Shown here piece by piece: positions 32,995-42,158 of a DNA stretch of 64,000 bases. The notes beneath the pieces were generated by a model, which worked only from the letters and a program-made list of their open reading frames with translations, searched no databases and was not told the origin of the DNA. Positions within the stretch are counted from its first letter, which is position 1; every line of letters starts with the position of its first letter. Origin of the DNA: an uncultured Gemmatimonadales bacterium (GTDB lineage Bacteria; Gemmatimonadota; Gemmatimonadetes; Gemmatimonadales; GWC2-71-9); assembly GCA_963716055.1 (NCBI GenBank), contig CAVQSR010000004.1:97888-161887 (forward strand). Reading direction: 5' to 3'. The position numbers and the translations under genes were made by a program.

Positions 32995-35982
32995 ATGCAT
33001 CGCATCCGATTCACGACGAGCGCCCGCCGCCGCACCGCGGCGGTCCTCGCCGCTCTCTTGTGCGTGGTGACGCTCGCGCCGTGCGGTCTCGCCGGGCAGT
33101 TCCAGACGCTCGAGACCGGCAACCTGCGGCTGGTCTTTACCTCTCCGGTTCAGTCCTACCTGGTGCCCCAGGTGGCCTTGAGCTTCGAGAACTCGCTGCG
33201 GTTCCACCGCGATCTCTTCCAGTACACGCCACCCGGCAAGATCAACGTGCTGATGCACGACCTGTGGCATTACGGCAACGCCGGGGCCCGCGCGATGCCG
33301 GAGAACCATATCGAGGTCGGGATCGCTCCGTTCCAGCACGTCTACGAGTCGGCGCCGGGTCCCGAACGAATGGTCTTTCTGCTCAACCACGAGGTGGCCC
33401 ATGTCGTCGTGGTCGACAAGACCACCTCGGCCGACCGGCTCTTCCGGTCGGCCTTCTTCGGCAAGGTCAGACCCAACGCCGAAGTACCGCTGTCCATGCT
33501 GTACAGCTACCTGACCACGCCGCGGTGGTATTCGCCCCGGTGGTACCACGAGGGGATCGCCGTCTATCTCGAAACGTGGATGGATGGAGGTCTGGGACGC
33601 GTCATCGGGCCCTACGACGAAATGGTGTTTCGGACGCTCGTGCGCGACAGCGCCACCATCTACGACGTGGTCGGACTGGAATCGGAAGGGACGACGATCG
33701 ACTTCCAGACGGGGGTGAACTCCTACCTCTACGGAACGCGCTTCGTCAGCTACCTGGCGCTGCGCTACGGGAACGACAGCCTGTTGGCGTGGTTCAACCG
33801 GACGCCCGGCAGCCGACGGTACTTCTCGTCGCAGTTCCGGCACGTTTATGGCCGGTCCCTCCAGGACGAGTGGTCGCGCTGGATCGCGTGGGAGCGTGAG
33901 TGGCAGGAAGCCAACCTCGCGGCGATCAGACGGCATCCGGTCACGGTGTCCCGCCCGCTCACCGATCGGGCGCTGGGATCGATCTCGCGGGCGTACTATG
34001 ACGCGACGAGTCGGAACATCTACGTGGCCCTTCGGTATCCGGGGCAGGTGGCCCACATCGCCGCCATCGACGTCGCGTCCGGGCAGATCACGAAGATCAG
34101 GGAGGTGCTGGGAGCCTCGGGCTTCTACGTGACCGCCCTGGCGTTCGATGCGGCGTCGAAGACCCTGTTCTATACGAGCAACAACGCCGACTGGCGTCAC
34201 CTCGTCCGGCTGGATCTCGCGACCGGCCGGACCACGGTCCTGCAGCGGAACGCGCGGGTCGGCGATCTCGTCTTCAACCCGGCGGACCGCTCGCTCTGGG
34301 GAGTTCGGCACGACAACGGACTCTCGACGCTGGTCCGCATTCCCTCTCCCTATCGCGAGTGGCAGCAGATCCGGACCCTGCCGTACGGGCGGGACCTGTT
34401 CGACCTGGACATCTCGCCGGATGGAGCGACCCTGATCGGATCCATGTCGGAGATCAGCGGGAAGCAGCGCCTGGTGCGGATGGACCTGGCGGCGCTCGTG
34501 CAGGGGGACACCACGCACGAGGTCCTGGCCGACTTCGACGAATGGGCGCCGTCGAACTTCGTGTTCTCTCCCGACGGGCGGTACCTGTTCGGTTCGTCCT
34601 ACTACTCGGGGGTCTCCAACATCTTCCGCTATGACGTCGCCACGGGCAGCACGGATGCCCTGAGCAACGCGGAAACGGGACTCTTCAAGCCGGTCCCGAT
34701 CTCGGAAGACTCGATCGTCGTCTTCCGGTTTACCGGCCGGGGATTCGTGCCCTCGATGATCCCGAACCAGGTGCCCGACAGCGTGAGCGCGATCCGCTTC
34801 CTGGGGAACGAGATCGCCGAGCAACGGGCCGAGGTGCAGTCGTGGATGGTGTCGCCCGCCTCGAGCATCGACCTCGACTCCCTCACGACCTCCACGGGCG
34901 CCTACCGCTCGCTGAGCCACTTCAAGCTGGACAACGTGTTTCCCGTGGTGGAGGGGTACGAGGATGCGGCCGGCCACGCCGCCGTGGCCGGAGGCGTGCG
35001 CGTCAACTTCTCCGATCGGATCGGCACGACGGCGCTCGATCTGACCGCGTCATACTCTCCCGACCGGCGCCTGTCGTCGTTCGAACGGCTGCACCTGGGC
35101 GCGGACTTCCACCACTGGAACTGGCGGGTCTCCGCGGCCCTGAATCGCGCCGACTTCTACGACCTCTTCGGACCCACGAAGGCGAGTCGCCGCGGGTACT
35201 CGCTGGCGCTGCAATATCAGGACAATCTCGTCTTCGATGGACCGCGAAGGCTCGGATACACCCTGCAACTGGCGGGATACGGCGAGCTGGAGACGGTGCC
35301 GGAGTATCAGGCGGTGGCGGCGTCGTTCGACAAGCTCCTGTCGTTCTCGAGCAACCTCGAGTATCGGTCGCTGCGGAGCTCGCTGGGAGCCATCGAGGAT
35401 GAGCTGGGGACGACGTGGGGAGTGACGTTGCGGGGCAACTACGTCAATGGGTCGCTCTATCCCCGCCTGAGCGTGGATGCGTCCCAAGGGGTTCTCCTGC
35501 CGTTGAACCACTCGTCGCTGTGGTTCCGCGCCTCGGCGGGAGCGGCGCTGGCCGGGGACCGGAACGAGCCCTTCGCCAACTTCTTCTTCGGCGGGTTCGG
35601 CAACAACTGGGTGGATTACCGGGCCATGCGGCAGTTCCGGCACACCGAGAGCTTCCCGGGCATCGCGATCAACGACGTCGGCGGTGCCAACTACGGCAAG
35701 GCCCAGATCGAGTGGACGCTGCCGCCGCTGCGGTTTCGTCGCGCCGGAATCCCGAGCTTCTATCTCCGGTGGGCCGGCCTGTCGTTCTTCGCGACGGGAC
35801 TCGCGACCAACGTCGATGAGCCGGCGGTCCGCCGCACGATCGGCAGCGTGGGCGCGCAGCTCGACATCCGCCTGGTCACGCTGTCGCATCTCAACTCCAC
35901 CCTGTCGGTCGGCTTCGGCGCGGCCGGACAGCGGGGTGCTCGGGGCACCAGCGGCTGGATGTTCTCGTTCAAGATCCTGTGA
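32995..35982 (+). CDS. Large outer-membrane protein: gluzincin-like metallopeptidase + beta-propeller + beta-barrel-like C-terminus
   Basis: Signal peptide; HEVAH (33388-33402) plus downstream WYHEGIA; repeated (F/I)SPDG PD40/TolB-like motifs; amphipathic strands ending FSFKIL. Confidence 0.72.
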   Translation: MHRIRFTTSARRRTAAVLAALLCVVTLAPCGLAGQFQTLETGNLRLVFTSPVQSYLVPQVALSFENSLRFHRDLFQYTPPGKINVLMHDLWHYGNAGARAMPENHIEVGIAPFQHVYESAPGPERMVFLLNHEVAHVVVVDKTTSADRLFRSAFFGKVRPNAEVPLSMLYSYLTTPRWYSPRWYHEGIAVYLETWMDGGLGRVIGPYDEMVFRTLVRDSATIYDVVGLESEGTTIDFQTGVNSYLYGTRFVSYLALRYGNDSLLAWFNRTPGSRRYFSSQFRHVYGRSLQDEWSRWIAWEREWQEANLAAIRRHPVTVSRPLTDRALGSISRAYYDATSRNIYVALRYPGQVAHIAAIDVASGQITKIREVLGASGFYVTALAFDAASKTLFYTSNNADWRHLVRLDLATGRTTVLQRNARVGDLVFNPADRSLWGVRHDNGLSTLVRIPSPYREWQQIRTLPYGRDLFDLDISPDGATLIGSMSEISGKQRLVRMDLAALVQGDTTHEVLADFDEWAPSNFVFSPDGRYLFGSSYYSGVSNIFRYDVATGSTDALSNAETGLFKPVPISEDSIVVFRFTGRGFVPSMIPNQVPDSVSAIRFLGNEIAEQRAEVQSWMVSPASSIDLDSLTTSTGAYRSLSHFKLDNVFPVVEGYEDAAGHAAVAGGVRVNFSDRIGTTALDLTASYSPDRRLSSFERLHLGADFHHWNWRVSAALNRADFYDLFGPTKASRRGYSLALQYQDNLVFDGPRRLGYTLQLAGYGELETVPEYQAVAASFDKLLSFSSNLEYRSLRSSLGAIEDELGTTWGVTLRGNYVNGSLYPRLSVDASQGVLLPLNHSSLWFRASAGAALAGDRNEPFANFFFGGFGNNWVDYRAMRQFRHTESFPGIAINDVGGANYGKAQIEWTLPPLRFRRAGIPSFYLRWAGLSFFATGLATNVDEPAVRRTIGSVGAQLDIRLVTLSHLNSTLSVGFGAAGQRGARGTSGWMFSFKIL

Positions 35983-36989
35983 CGGTCGTCCTCGCCGCTG
36001 CCGTCGGTGTCCTGCCGGTCTTTCTGTTTCTCGGAGCGCTCGTCGTCATCGACAGCTACAAGCTCGTCACGCTGCGGGCCGTGCTGCTGTCGGTGGCCGC
36101 CGGCGCGCTCGCCGCCGGCGCGAGCTACGGGGTGAACGTCGCCCTCCGGCCGGCCCTCGGCCTGGACTTCAGCCGCTACTCCTGGTACGTGGCCCCGGTC
36201 GTGGAGGAGACGCTCAAAGCCACCTTCGTCGTGTATCTGCTGCGGGGGAACAAGGTGGGGTTCGTCGTGGACGCCGCGATCCACGGCTTCGGTATCGGCA
36301 CCGGCTTCGCGGTGCTCGAGAACATCTACTACCTGTACGTGAGCCCTGACGCGACCCTCTGGACCTGGATCGTGCGGGGGCTGGGCACCGCGATCATGCA
36401 CGGGGGCGCGACGGCGATCATGGTCATGGTCTCCCGGACGCTCCTGAACCGGGTCGACGCCTTTCGCGTGTGGCTGCTGCTGCCGGGGCTCGGCGTGGCC
36501 GTGGTCCTGCACTCGCTGTACAACCACTTCCTGCTGCATCCGCTCCTGGCGACGGGGCTCATCGTGCTGGTCATCCCGTACCTCAGTGTGGCCGTGTTCC
36601 AGCGGAGTGAGCGCGACACGCAGACGTGGGTGGGCACGGGGTTCGACACCCATCTCGAGCTGCTGCGGGTCGTGCGCTCGGGCCAGGTCTCGCGCAGTCC
36701 GGTCGGGAAGTACCTCGCGACCCTGCGCAGCCGGTTCGCGCCGGAGGTGATCGTCGACATGATGTGCCTCCTGCGCCTGCGTGCCGAGTTGGCCATCCGC
36801 GCCAAGGCCGTGTTGCTGATGCGCGAGGCCGGGTTCGAGGCCCCGCCGGACCCGGCCCTGAAGGACACGTTCGAGGAGCTGCGCTACCTCGAGCGGAGCA
36901 TCGGGAAGACGGGGCTGCGTGCCGTGCATCCGTTCCTCGACACCAGCATGCGGGACCTCTGGCAGCTCAACATGCTGAGCGAGCTCTGA
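35979..36989 (+). CDS. prsW: PrsW-family intramembrane metalloprotease with a C-terminal soluble extension
   Basis: PVVEETLKA, GFAVLEN and LHSLYN motifs; GTGA overlap with the upstream stop. Confidence 0.88.
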   Translation: MTVVLAAAVGVLPVFLFLGALVVIDSYKLVTLRAVLLSVAAGALAAGASYGVNVALRPALGLDFSRYSWYVAPVVEETLKATFVVYLLRGNKVGFVVDAAIHGFGIGTGFAVLENIYYLYVSPDATLWTWIVRGLGTAIMHGGATAIMVMVSRTLLNRVDAFRVWLLLPGLGVAVVLHSLYNHFLLHPLLATGLIVLVIPYLSVAVFQRSERDTQTWVGTGFDTHLELLRVVRSGQVSRSPVGKYLATLRSRFAPEVIVDMMCLLRLRAELAIRAKAVLLMREAGFEAPPDPALKDTFEELRYLERSIGKTGLRAVHPFLDTSMRDLWQLNMLSEL

Positions 36990-37021
36990 CGCCCTAGCTG
37001 CCTCCCCCGGCGACCCGTAAC

Positions 37022-38299
37022 TTGACCGGCCACCACCGCCACCCACGATCGAGCGTGACGACTCCACCACCTCAGGGAACGACAGCGCCGCCGCCCGGCG
37101 GCCCACGGGCGCGCGTGCTGGTGGTCGCCCACGCGGCCGCCGATCGCGACGCCCTCGGTGGTCACGTGGGGGCGGACGGGCACGCCGTGGACGCAGTCGG
37201 CGAGGGTGGCGCGGCGTTCGCGAAGCTCCGGGCCGAGCCGTTCGACCTGGTGCTGCTGGACGCGCACCTGCCAGGGATGGACGGCCCGCGGTTCCTGCAG
37301 GCCCTGCGGAACGATGCCGACCTCGCCCACGTCCCGGTCATCGTGGTGTCGGGGGGGGACGACATCGATGCCCTCGCGCAATGCCTCGAGGCGGGCGCCG
37401 ACGACTATCTCCCCAGGGAGTTCCGGCCGGTCATGCTGCGGCTCCGGCTCCGCGCGGCGCTCGACCGCAGCCGCCTGCGCGACGCCGAGAACCTCACGCG
37501 CGAGATGGCCGTCGCGCGGAACATCCAGCGGGACTTCCTTCCCGAATCGCTTCCCGTCGCCCGGGGGTGGCAGCTCGAGGCGGCGCTGCATCCGGCCCTC
37601 GACGTCTCCGGCGATTTCTACGACGCGTTCGTGCTGGCGCCATCCGGCACGATCGTCCTGGTCGTGGGAGACGTGTGCGACAAGGGGTTCGGCGCCGCGC
37701 TGTTCATGGCGCTGTTCCGCAGCCTCATCCGCGCCTCCGCCGATCCCGTCGAGGGGGGGGCGATCCAGATGATCGGCGGCCGTCGCACCCTCGTGCGCCA
37801 GGCCCTGGACGCCGCCACGCCGGCCGACCTGCTGACCCGGGTCGCCGGCTTCACCAATGACTACATCGCTCGGCTGCACGGGCGCACCAACATGTTCGCC
37901 ACGGTCTTCCTCGCGGCGCTCAGTCCGATGAGCGGGCAGTTCGATTATGTCAACGCGGGTCACGTGCCGGCGCTGGTGATCGGTCCGGACGGCCCCACGC
38001 AGGAGTTGCACCCGACGGGCCCCGTGCTCGGGGTCCTCCCGGACCAGGTGTTTCAGGCGGGCGAGGGGACGCTCGAGCGCGGGCAGTCCATCTTCGCGTT
38101 CACCGATGGGCTGGTGGAGGCGCGGAGCCCGGCCGGCGAGGCCTTCGGTGCGGAGCGATTGCGGGACGCCCTGCAGGCGAGCCACACCTCGGCCGTCGAT
38201 CTCGTCCGGGGTGTCATGGACAGGGTCACGGCGTTCACCGGATCGGCCGAACCCCACGATGACGTGACGCTGGTCGCGGCGACGCGCACGATGGGGTGA
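37022..38299 (+). CDS. REC-PP2C (SpoIIE/RsbU-like) phosphatase
   Basis: REC motif LLDAHLPGMDG; PP2C motifs VSGDFYD, VVGDVCDKG, NAGH, FTDGL and DDVT. Confidence 0.92.
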   Translation: MTGHHRHPRSSVTTPPPQGTTAPPPGGPRARVLVVAHAAADRDALGGHVGADGHAVDAVGEGGAAFAKLRAEPFDLVLLDAHLPGMDGPRFLQALRNDADLAHVPVIVVSGGDDIDALAQCLEAGADDYLPREFRPVMLRLRLRAALDRSRLRDAENLTREMAVARNIQRDFLPESLPVARGWQLEAALHPALDVSGDFYDAFVLAPSGTIVLVVGDVCDKGFGAALFMALFRSLIRASADPVEGGAIQMIGGRRTLVRQALDAATPADLLTRVAGFTNDYIARLHGRTNMFATVFLAALSPMSGQFDYVNAGHVPALVIGPDGPTQELHPTGPVLGVLPDQVFQAGEGTLERGQSIFAFTDGLVEARSPAGEAFGAERLRDALQASHTSAVDLVRGVMDRVTAFTGSAEPHDDVTLVAATRTMG

Positions 38300-38371
38300 C
38301 GACGTCGGGGAAGTGAGCCGCCGAGACACCGCGGCTGCCCGGCGCGCCGCGGGCCGCTCGCTGAGGACGCC

Positions 38372-38917
38372 CTACGCGTTCGCCGCCAACACTGCGCGGA
38401 GGCTGCAGGCGAACCCCGGAAGGACGCCCTCCCCATCCAGCGCGTCGTCCAGGCCGAGGATCGATACCGAACCTTCCTGGCGATAGACACGCGCCACGCG
38501 CCGCTCGGGGTCGATCACCCACACCAGCCGGGCACCCGCGGTGAGCCAGTCCGCAACCTTGGCAAGCGTCTCGCCGCTGCGGTCACCGGGGGACAGCACT
38601 TCGACCACGAGGTCCGGGGCAACCGGCGGGAAGCCCGCGGGAGATGGCTCGGGCATTCGCTCCCGGCTGACGAAGGCGACGTCCGCGCCACGCACCGTGT
38701 CGGGATCGGATTGGAGCCTGAACCCCGCATCTCCGCCGACGACGCGGCCGAGGTCATGGACCTCGACGAAGGTGCCGATGGCGATCGCGAGCCGCACGGT
38801 GACCTCGCCGTGTCGAAACCCCGGGGGCTCACGCACCACCAGGACGCCGCGGACGAGGTCCGCGTGCTCGGGGGTACCAGGCCGCAACAAGTCTGCGGCG
38901 GTCATCAGCGGGGGCAT
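38372..38917 (-). CDS. Uma2 family putative endonuclease, copy 3
   Basis: RGADVAFV, APDLVVEVLSPGD, GARLVWVIDP. Confidence 0.9.
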   Translation of the reverse strand: MPPLMTAADLLRPGTPEHADLVRGVLVVREPPGFRHGEVTVRLAIAIGTFVEVHDLGRVVGGDAGFRLQSDPDTVRGADVAFVSRERMPEPSPAGFPPVAPDLVVEVLSPGDRSGETLAKVADWLTAGARLVWVIDPERRVARVYRQEGSVSILGLDDALDGEGVLPGFACSLRAVLAANA

Positions 38918-39009
38918 GCGCGGAACGTAGGGGTGATCGGCGGGCACGGCAAGGAATCTCTCGCTCGGCATCAACGGCGGATCAACGAGGATTTCTGCGC
39001 TGCCTGTCG

Positions 39010-39200
39010 GTGAGGTGCTCGCCAAGGCCGCCGACTGGCTCTCAGCCGGGACCCGGCTCGTTGTGGGTCGTGGACCCCGGGCGCCGGGTCGCCCGGGTGT
39101 ACCGCCACGACCGGAGCGAAGCGATCGTGGCGGCGGACGGCGCGCTCGACGGGGAAGACGTGTTGCCCGGGTTCTCCTGCCCGCTGGCCGCGATCTTCCA
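39010..39200 (+). pseudogene. Frameshifted 3' fragment of a fourth Uma2 gene
   Basis: EVLAKAADWLSAGTRL / WVVDPGRRVARVY...ALDGEDVLPGFSCPLAAIF read across two frames, with no 5' half. Confidence 0.75.
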
Positions 39201-39308
39201 GGGAAGGCTGCACAGGCAGGCGCTGTTCCCGCTCGTCACGAAGACGACCCCGTTCGCGCTGCTCCGCCCCTCCAGGGCGGTGGAGTATATTGGAGCGGGA
39301 GGTGTCCC

Positions 39309-39506
39309 ATGAAGTACAAGATCGCGCTGCAGCAATCGGATGAAGGCTACAGCGTCTCGGTTCCGGGGCTTCCGGGTTGCTGGTCGCAGGGAGCCACAGA
39401 GGAGGAGGCGTTGGAGAACATCCAGGACGCCATTCGCGAGTACCTGGCGACGCGCGACGATCTGCTCCGGGGCGCCACGGTCCGCGAGATTGAAGTCGCG
39501 GGCTGA
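39309..39506 (+). CDS. hicB: HicB-family antitoxin (short, UPF0150-type)
   Basis: GYSVSVPGLPGCWSQGATEEEALENIQDAI; GGAGG SD sequence. Confidence 0.9.
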   Translation: MKYKIALQQSDEGYSVSVPGLPGCWSQGATEEEALENIQDAIREYLATRDDLLRGATVREIEVAG

Positions 39507-39509
39507 ACG

Positions 39510-39722
39510 GTGCCGAAGGTCCCGGGCGTCAACCACCTGGACGCGGTGCGGGCACTCGAGAGAGCGGGATTCGGAGTCGTGCGAACGGGGAAGCACATCG
39601 TGATGACCGACGGCGTGCGGATCCTGACGATCCCGCGCCACGATCCCGTGAACGCATTCACGATGGGCGGCATCGTGCGGGACGGGGGGCTCGCGGTCGA
39701 CCAGTTCCGCAAGCTGCTCTGA
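39510..39722 (+). CDS. hicA: HicA-family toxin
   Basis: ALERAGF..VRTGKHIVM...LTIPRH. Confidence 0.88.
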   Translation: MPKVPGVNHLDAVRALERAGFGVVRTGKHIVMTDGVRILTIPRHDPVNAFTMGGIVRDGGLAVDQFRKLL

Positions 39723-39866
39723 ATGTGCCTCCCCCGCTCGGCCAGGAGAAGCCCCACCGCTCAACTCACGGTGAGGCTTGATCCTCAGCGAATCGGGACG
39801 GCGGGATTTGACCGCCGAGCCCCGAGCGCAGCGAGGGGCGGCGGCTGAAGCGCGCCGGCCCGACGA

Positions 39867-39894
39867 AAAACGGCGAGCCATTCGGCTCGCCGTT
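39867..39894 (-). terminator. Intrinsic terminator downstream of the displaced tRNA 3' end
   Basis: AAACGGCGAGCC-ATTC-GGCTCGCCGTTT inverted repeat with an A5 tract on the + strand (U-tract on the tRNA strand), abutting 39895. Confidence 0.75.
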
Positions 39895-39940
39895 TGAGTC
39901 GGGACGGCGGGATTTGAACCCGCGACCCCCTGAACCCCAT
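39895..39940 (-). repeat. att site: displaced 3' half of tRNA-Pro, 46-bp exact direct repeat of 48975-49020
   Basis: TGAGTCGGGACGGCGGGATTTGAACCCGCGACCCCCTGAACCCCAT is identical at both positions. Confidence 0.95.
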
Positions 39941-40212
39941 GCGCACGACTAGGGGGACGAGTTACGACACCCAGTAGCACTCATGCGGTGTTCTGGGCAT
40001 CGGTGTCGTGACACGCCGCCCGAAGATCAACCGAGTGTCGTGAGAAACTCACAGCAGAACTCACACCACGGCGACCCCCGAGGGACACTAGAGGGTCGTC
40101 GTCTTTAATGGCCGCCGGATGCTGCGCTCCCGTCACACCTTTGCGAGGCAAATGAAGAACGAGGCGTCCGCGCCGCTCATAGTAGATCAAACCAACCGCG
40201 CGGTTGGCTTCC

Positions 40213-40779
40213 TCACGAGTGCCGAGGTGGGCGCAGCTTGTGAGAAGGCAGATGGCGTATATCTGAAGCGACCACCTGCGGCACGGGCTCCTTGCCCGCC
40301 AGCCAACCCCGGACTTCACTGGGCCTCACTCCAAGCTTCTGGGCGAGTCGCGCTTGCCCCCAGGCGATGCGCTGTAACTCGCGCTTGAGTTGTGCAGGAG
40401 TCAATGTTCTCTCCGATAGGTGGGCGGACGCTACCACGTGACGAGCTGGGGCGCGCGCGGGTTCGCGTGCTCCCCGTCCATCTCCCTTGCCAGGGACATT
40501 CCCCGCTTCTCCTCCCCCACTGTTCGGTGGTCGCGCACGCAGGGCGCGCTTCATGAAGTCGGCGACACGGTCTAAGGATAGTGCGTGAAGCTTCTTGTCG
40601 GTCGGTAGCTGTCTCCCTTCGAGGGGCAGGAAGTATTTGTCGCCCTTGTCCGAACGAAACGAGAGACCACCCATGTGGGATAACGCGTGACGCTCGCCCG
40701 TGGCGCGGGCGCCGCCCGTGACTCGTGGCTGGGTGGTGATCGTCCAGACACGTTCTTCGAAGGTCACCATCCGGGTCAT
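40213..40779 (-). CDS. Hypothetical protein with a C-terminal XRE-like HTH
   Basis: LTPAQLKRELQRIAWGQARLAQKLGVRPSEVRGWLAG. Confidence 0.55.
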   Translation of the reverse strand: MTRMVTFEERVWTITTQPRVTGGARATGERHALSHMGGLSFRSDKGDKYFLPLEGRQLPTDKKLHALSLDRVADFMKRALRARPPNSGGGEAGNVPGKGDGRGAREPARAPARHVVASAHLSERTLTPAQLKRELQRIAWGQARLAQKLGVRPSEVRGWLAGKEPVPQVVASDIRHLPSHKLRPPRHS

Positions 40780-40837
40780 ACCTGGGCCCTCCTATCTTCG
40801 CCTTCCAGGCTAATGAAGCACCGCCCGTAGTTTCGCG

Positions 40838-41194
40838 TTACGGTTGTGAACGCCGCCAACTCTGACGCGGCACGAAGATGATGCGCCCTTGCGGCTCAAC
40901 GCCCATCAGGTGTGTGATCGGATCGCTGCGGAGTTTCGCAGCAACGTGGTCGCGATCGAGCGCGGCGATAATCTCGTCAACCGCATGGTGATCGAACACT
41001 TCTTGGGCGATCCACAAGGTTGGCGATGGCGCACCCTGCTCAACCTCAAAGCGATAGACGGTCGGCGTGCCCTCCTCCCGCAGCTGCGTCTTCGCAGGTT
41101 GGAATTCCTTATTCATCCATGCTCGGATGCCGTCGAGCGACTGCTGCGGCACCGTCATTGCTCTCTCCTTCACCACGCTCGGTGGACCGGTCAC
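40838..41194 (-). CDS. Hypothetical protein
   Basis: 118-aa ORF with globular-like composition, co-oriented with its neighbours. Confidence 0.45.
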   Translation of the reverse strand: MTGPPSVVKERAMTVPQQSLDGIRAWMNKEFQPAKTQLREEGTPTVYRFEVEQGAPSPTLWIAQEVFDHHAVDEIIAALDRDHVAAKLRSDPITHLMGVEPQGRIIFVPRQSWRRSQP

Positions 41195-41205
41195 AAGACG
41201 GTTGT

Positions 41206-41484
41206 CTACCTCATGCCCCGTTCCGCCGACGGCTTTCCCGGCGGATTACCACCCTGGAACACCTCCTGATTCTTCGCGATGAATGACTTCCACTGCGGGG
41301 GCACGTCCTCCTCCACGAAGATCGCCGTCACCGGGCACTCCGGCTCGCACGCGCCGCAGTCGATGCACTCGTCGGGGTGGATGTAGAGCTGGTCCTCCCC
41401 TTCGTAGATGCAGTCCACGGGACACACGTCCACGCAGGAGCGATCCTTCACGTTGATGCACAGCTCAGCGATCACGTACGTCAT
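41206..41484 (-). CDS. fdxA: 7Fe-type ferredoxin (FdxA-like)
   Basis: MTYVIAELCINVKDRSCVDVCPVDCIYEG...CIDCGACEPECPV. Confidence 0.93.
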   Translation of the reverse strand: MTYVIAELCINVKDRSCVDVCPVDCIYEGEDQLYIHPDECIDCGACEPECPVTAIFVEEDVPPQWKSFIAKNQEVFQGGNPPGKPSAERGMR

Positions 41485-41817
41485 CAACTGTCTCCGAAAA
41501 AACCGCGACCGGCTCCAGCCCCAATTTTCCGGGGCCGCGGCCGGTCGCGAGACTCGTGCAGCCGTTTACGCTATACGAAACCCACGCCCGCTCCGGGCCC
41601 CAATCGCGGGACCCCACGATAGAAGCAGGCTGTGGCCCGCCTGCCAGTCATGCGTCGAGGACCATTCGCCATCGCTACGTATAATGATGACGCAGACCGT
41701 CGGCATGTCAAGGAAGGCGAGGTTCTGTGATCCTCCTCCTGCGGCGTCTTATCCCGTCCGACCGCTCACACACGAGTTTGTCAGCTTGTTACTGTTCAGT
41801 GAAACGTGGAGGGCCCA

Positions 41818-42129
41818 ATGGGCAAGCTAATCGAAGTATCGACACTGACCGATCTCGCGCCGGGCGCGTGCCAACAGGTGGACGCGGCTGGCCAGCCGGT
41901 GGCAGTGTTCAACGTGAACGGCACGATCTACGCGATCCACGGGACGTGCACCCATCGCGGTGGTCCCTTGGGGGAAGGCGAGCTGGACGGCTCGGTGGTC
42001 ACCTGCCCCTGGCACGGCGCCCAGTCTGACGTGACGACAGGGCAGGTCGTAGGCCCGCCCGCGCCGCTGAGCGTGCCGACGTACAAGGTTGTCGTTGAAG
42101 GCGAACTGATCAAGGTTGAAGTGACCTGA
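41818..42129 (+). CDS. Rieske [2Fe-2S] ferredoxin (dioxygenase-type)
   Basis: CTHRGGPL and CPWHG ligand motifs. Confidence 0.9.
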   Translation: MGKLIEVSTLTDLAPGACQQVDAAGQPVAVFNVNGTIYAIHGTCTHRGGPLGEGELDGSVVTCPWHGAQSDVTTGQVVGPPAPLSVPTYKVVVEGELIKVEVT

Positions 42130-42158
42130 CACCTATGCCCCCGTGAGTGCTCGGCCTG

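Noticed and set aside
31423-34977. 1184-aa antisense ORF with LERLVG repeats
   Set aside because: It is the antisense shadow of the anti-sigma and OM-protein genes; its repeats just mirror the sense repeat.
39895-39940. Second and third tRNA-Pro genes (here and at 62096-62134)
   Set aside because: Each is only half a cloverleaf, so they are att remnants. A trans-spliced split tRNA was considered, but an intact copy exists and no complementary leader or trailer sequences were seen.
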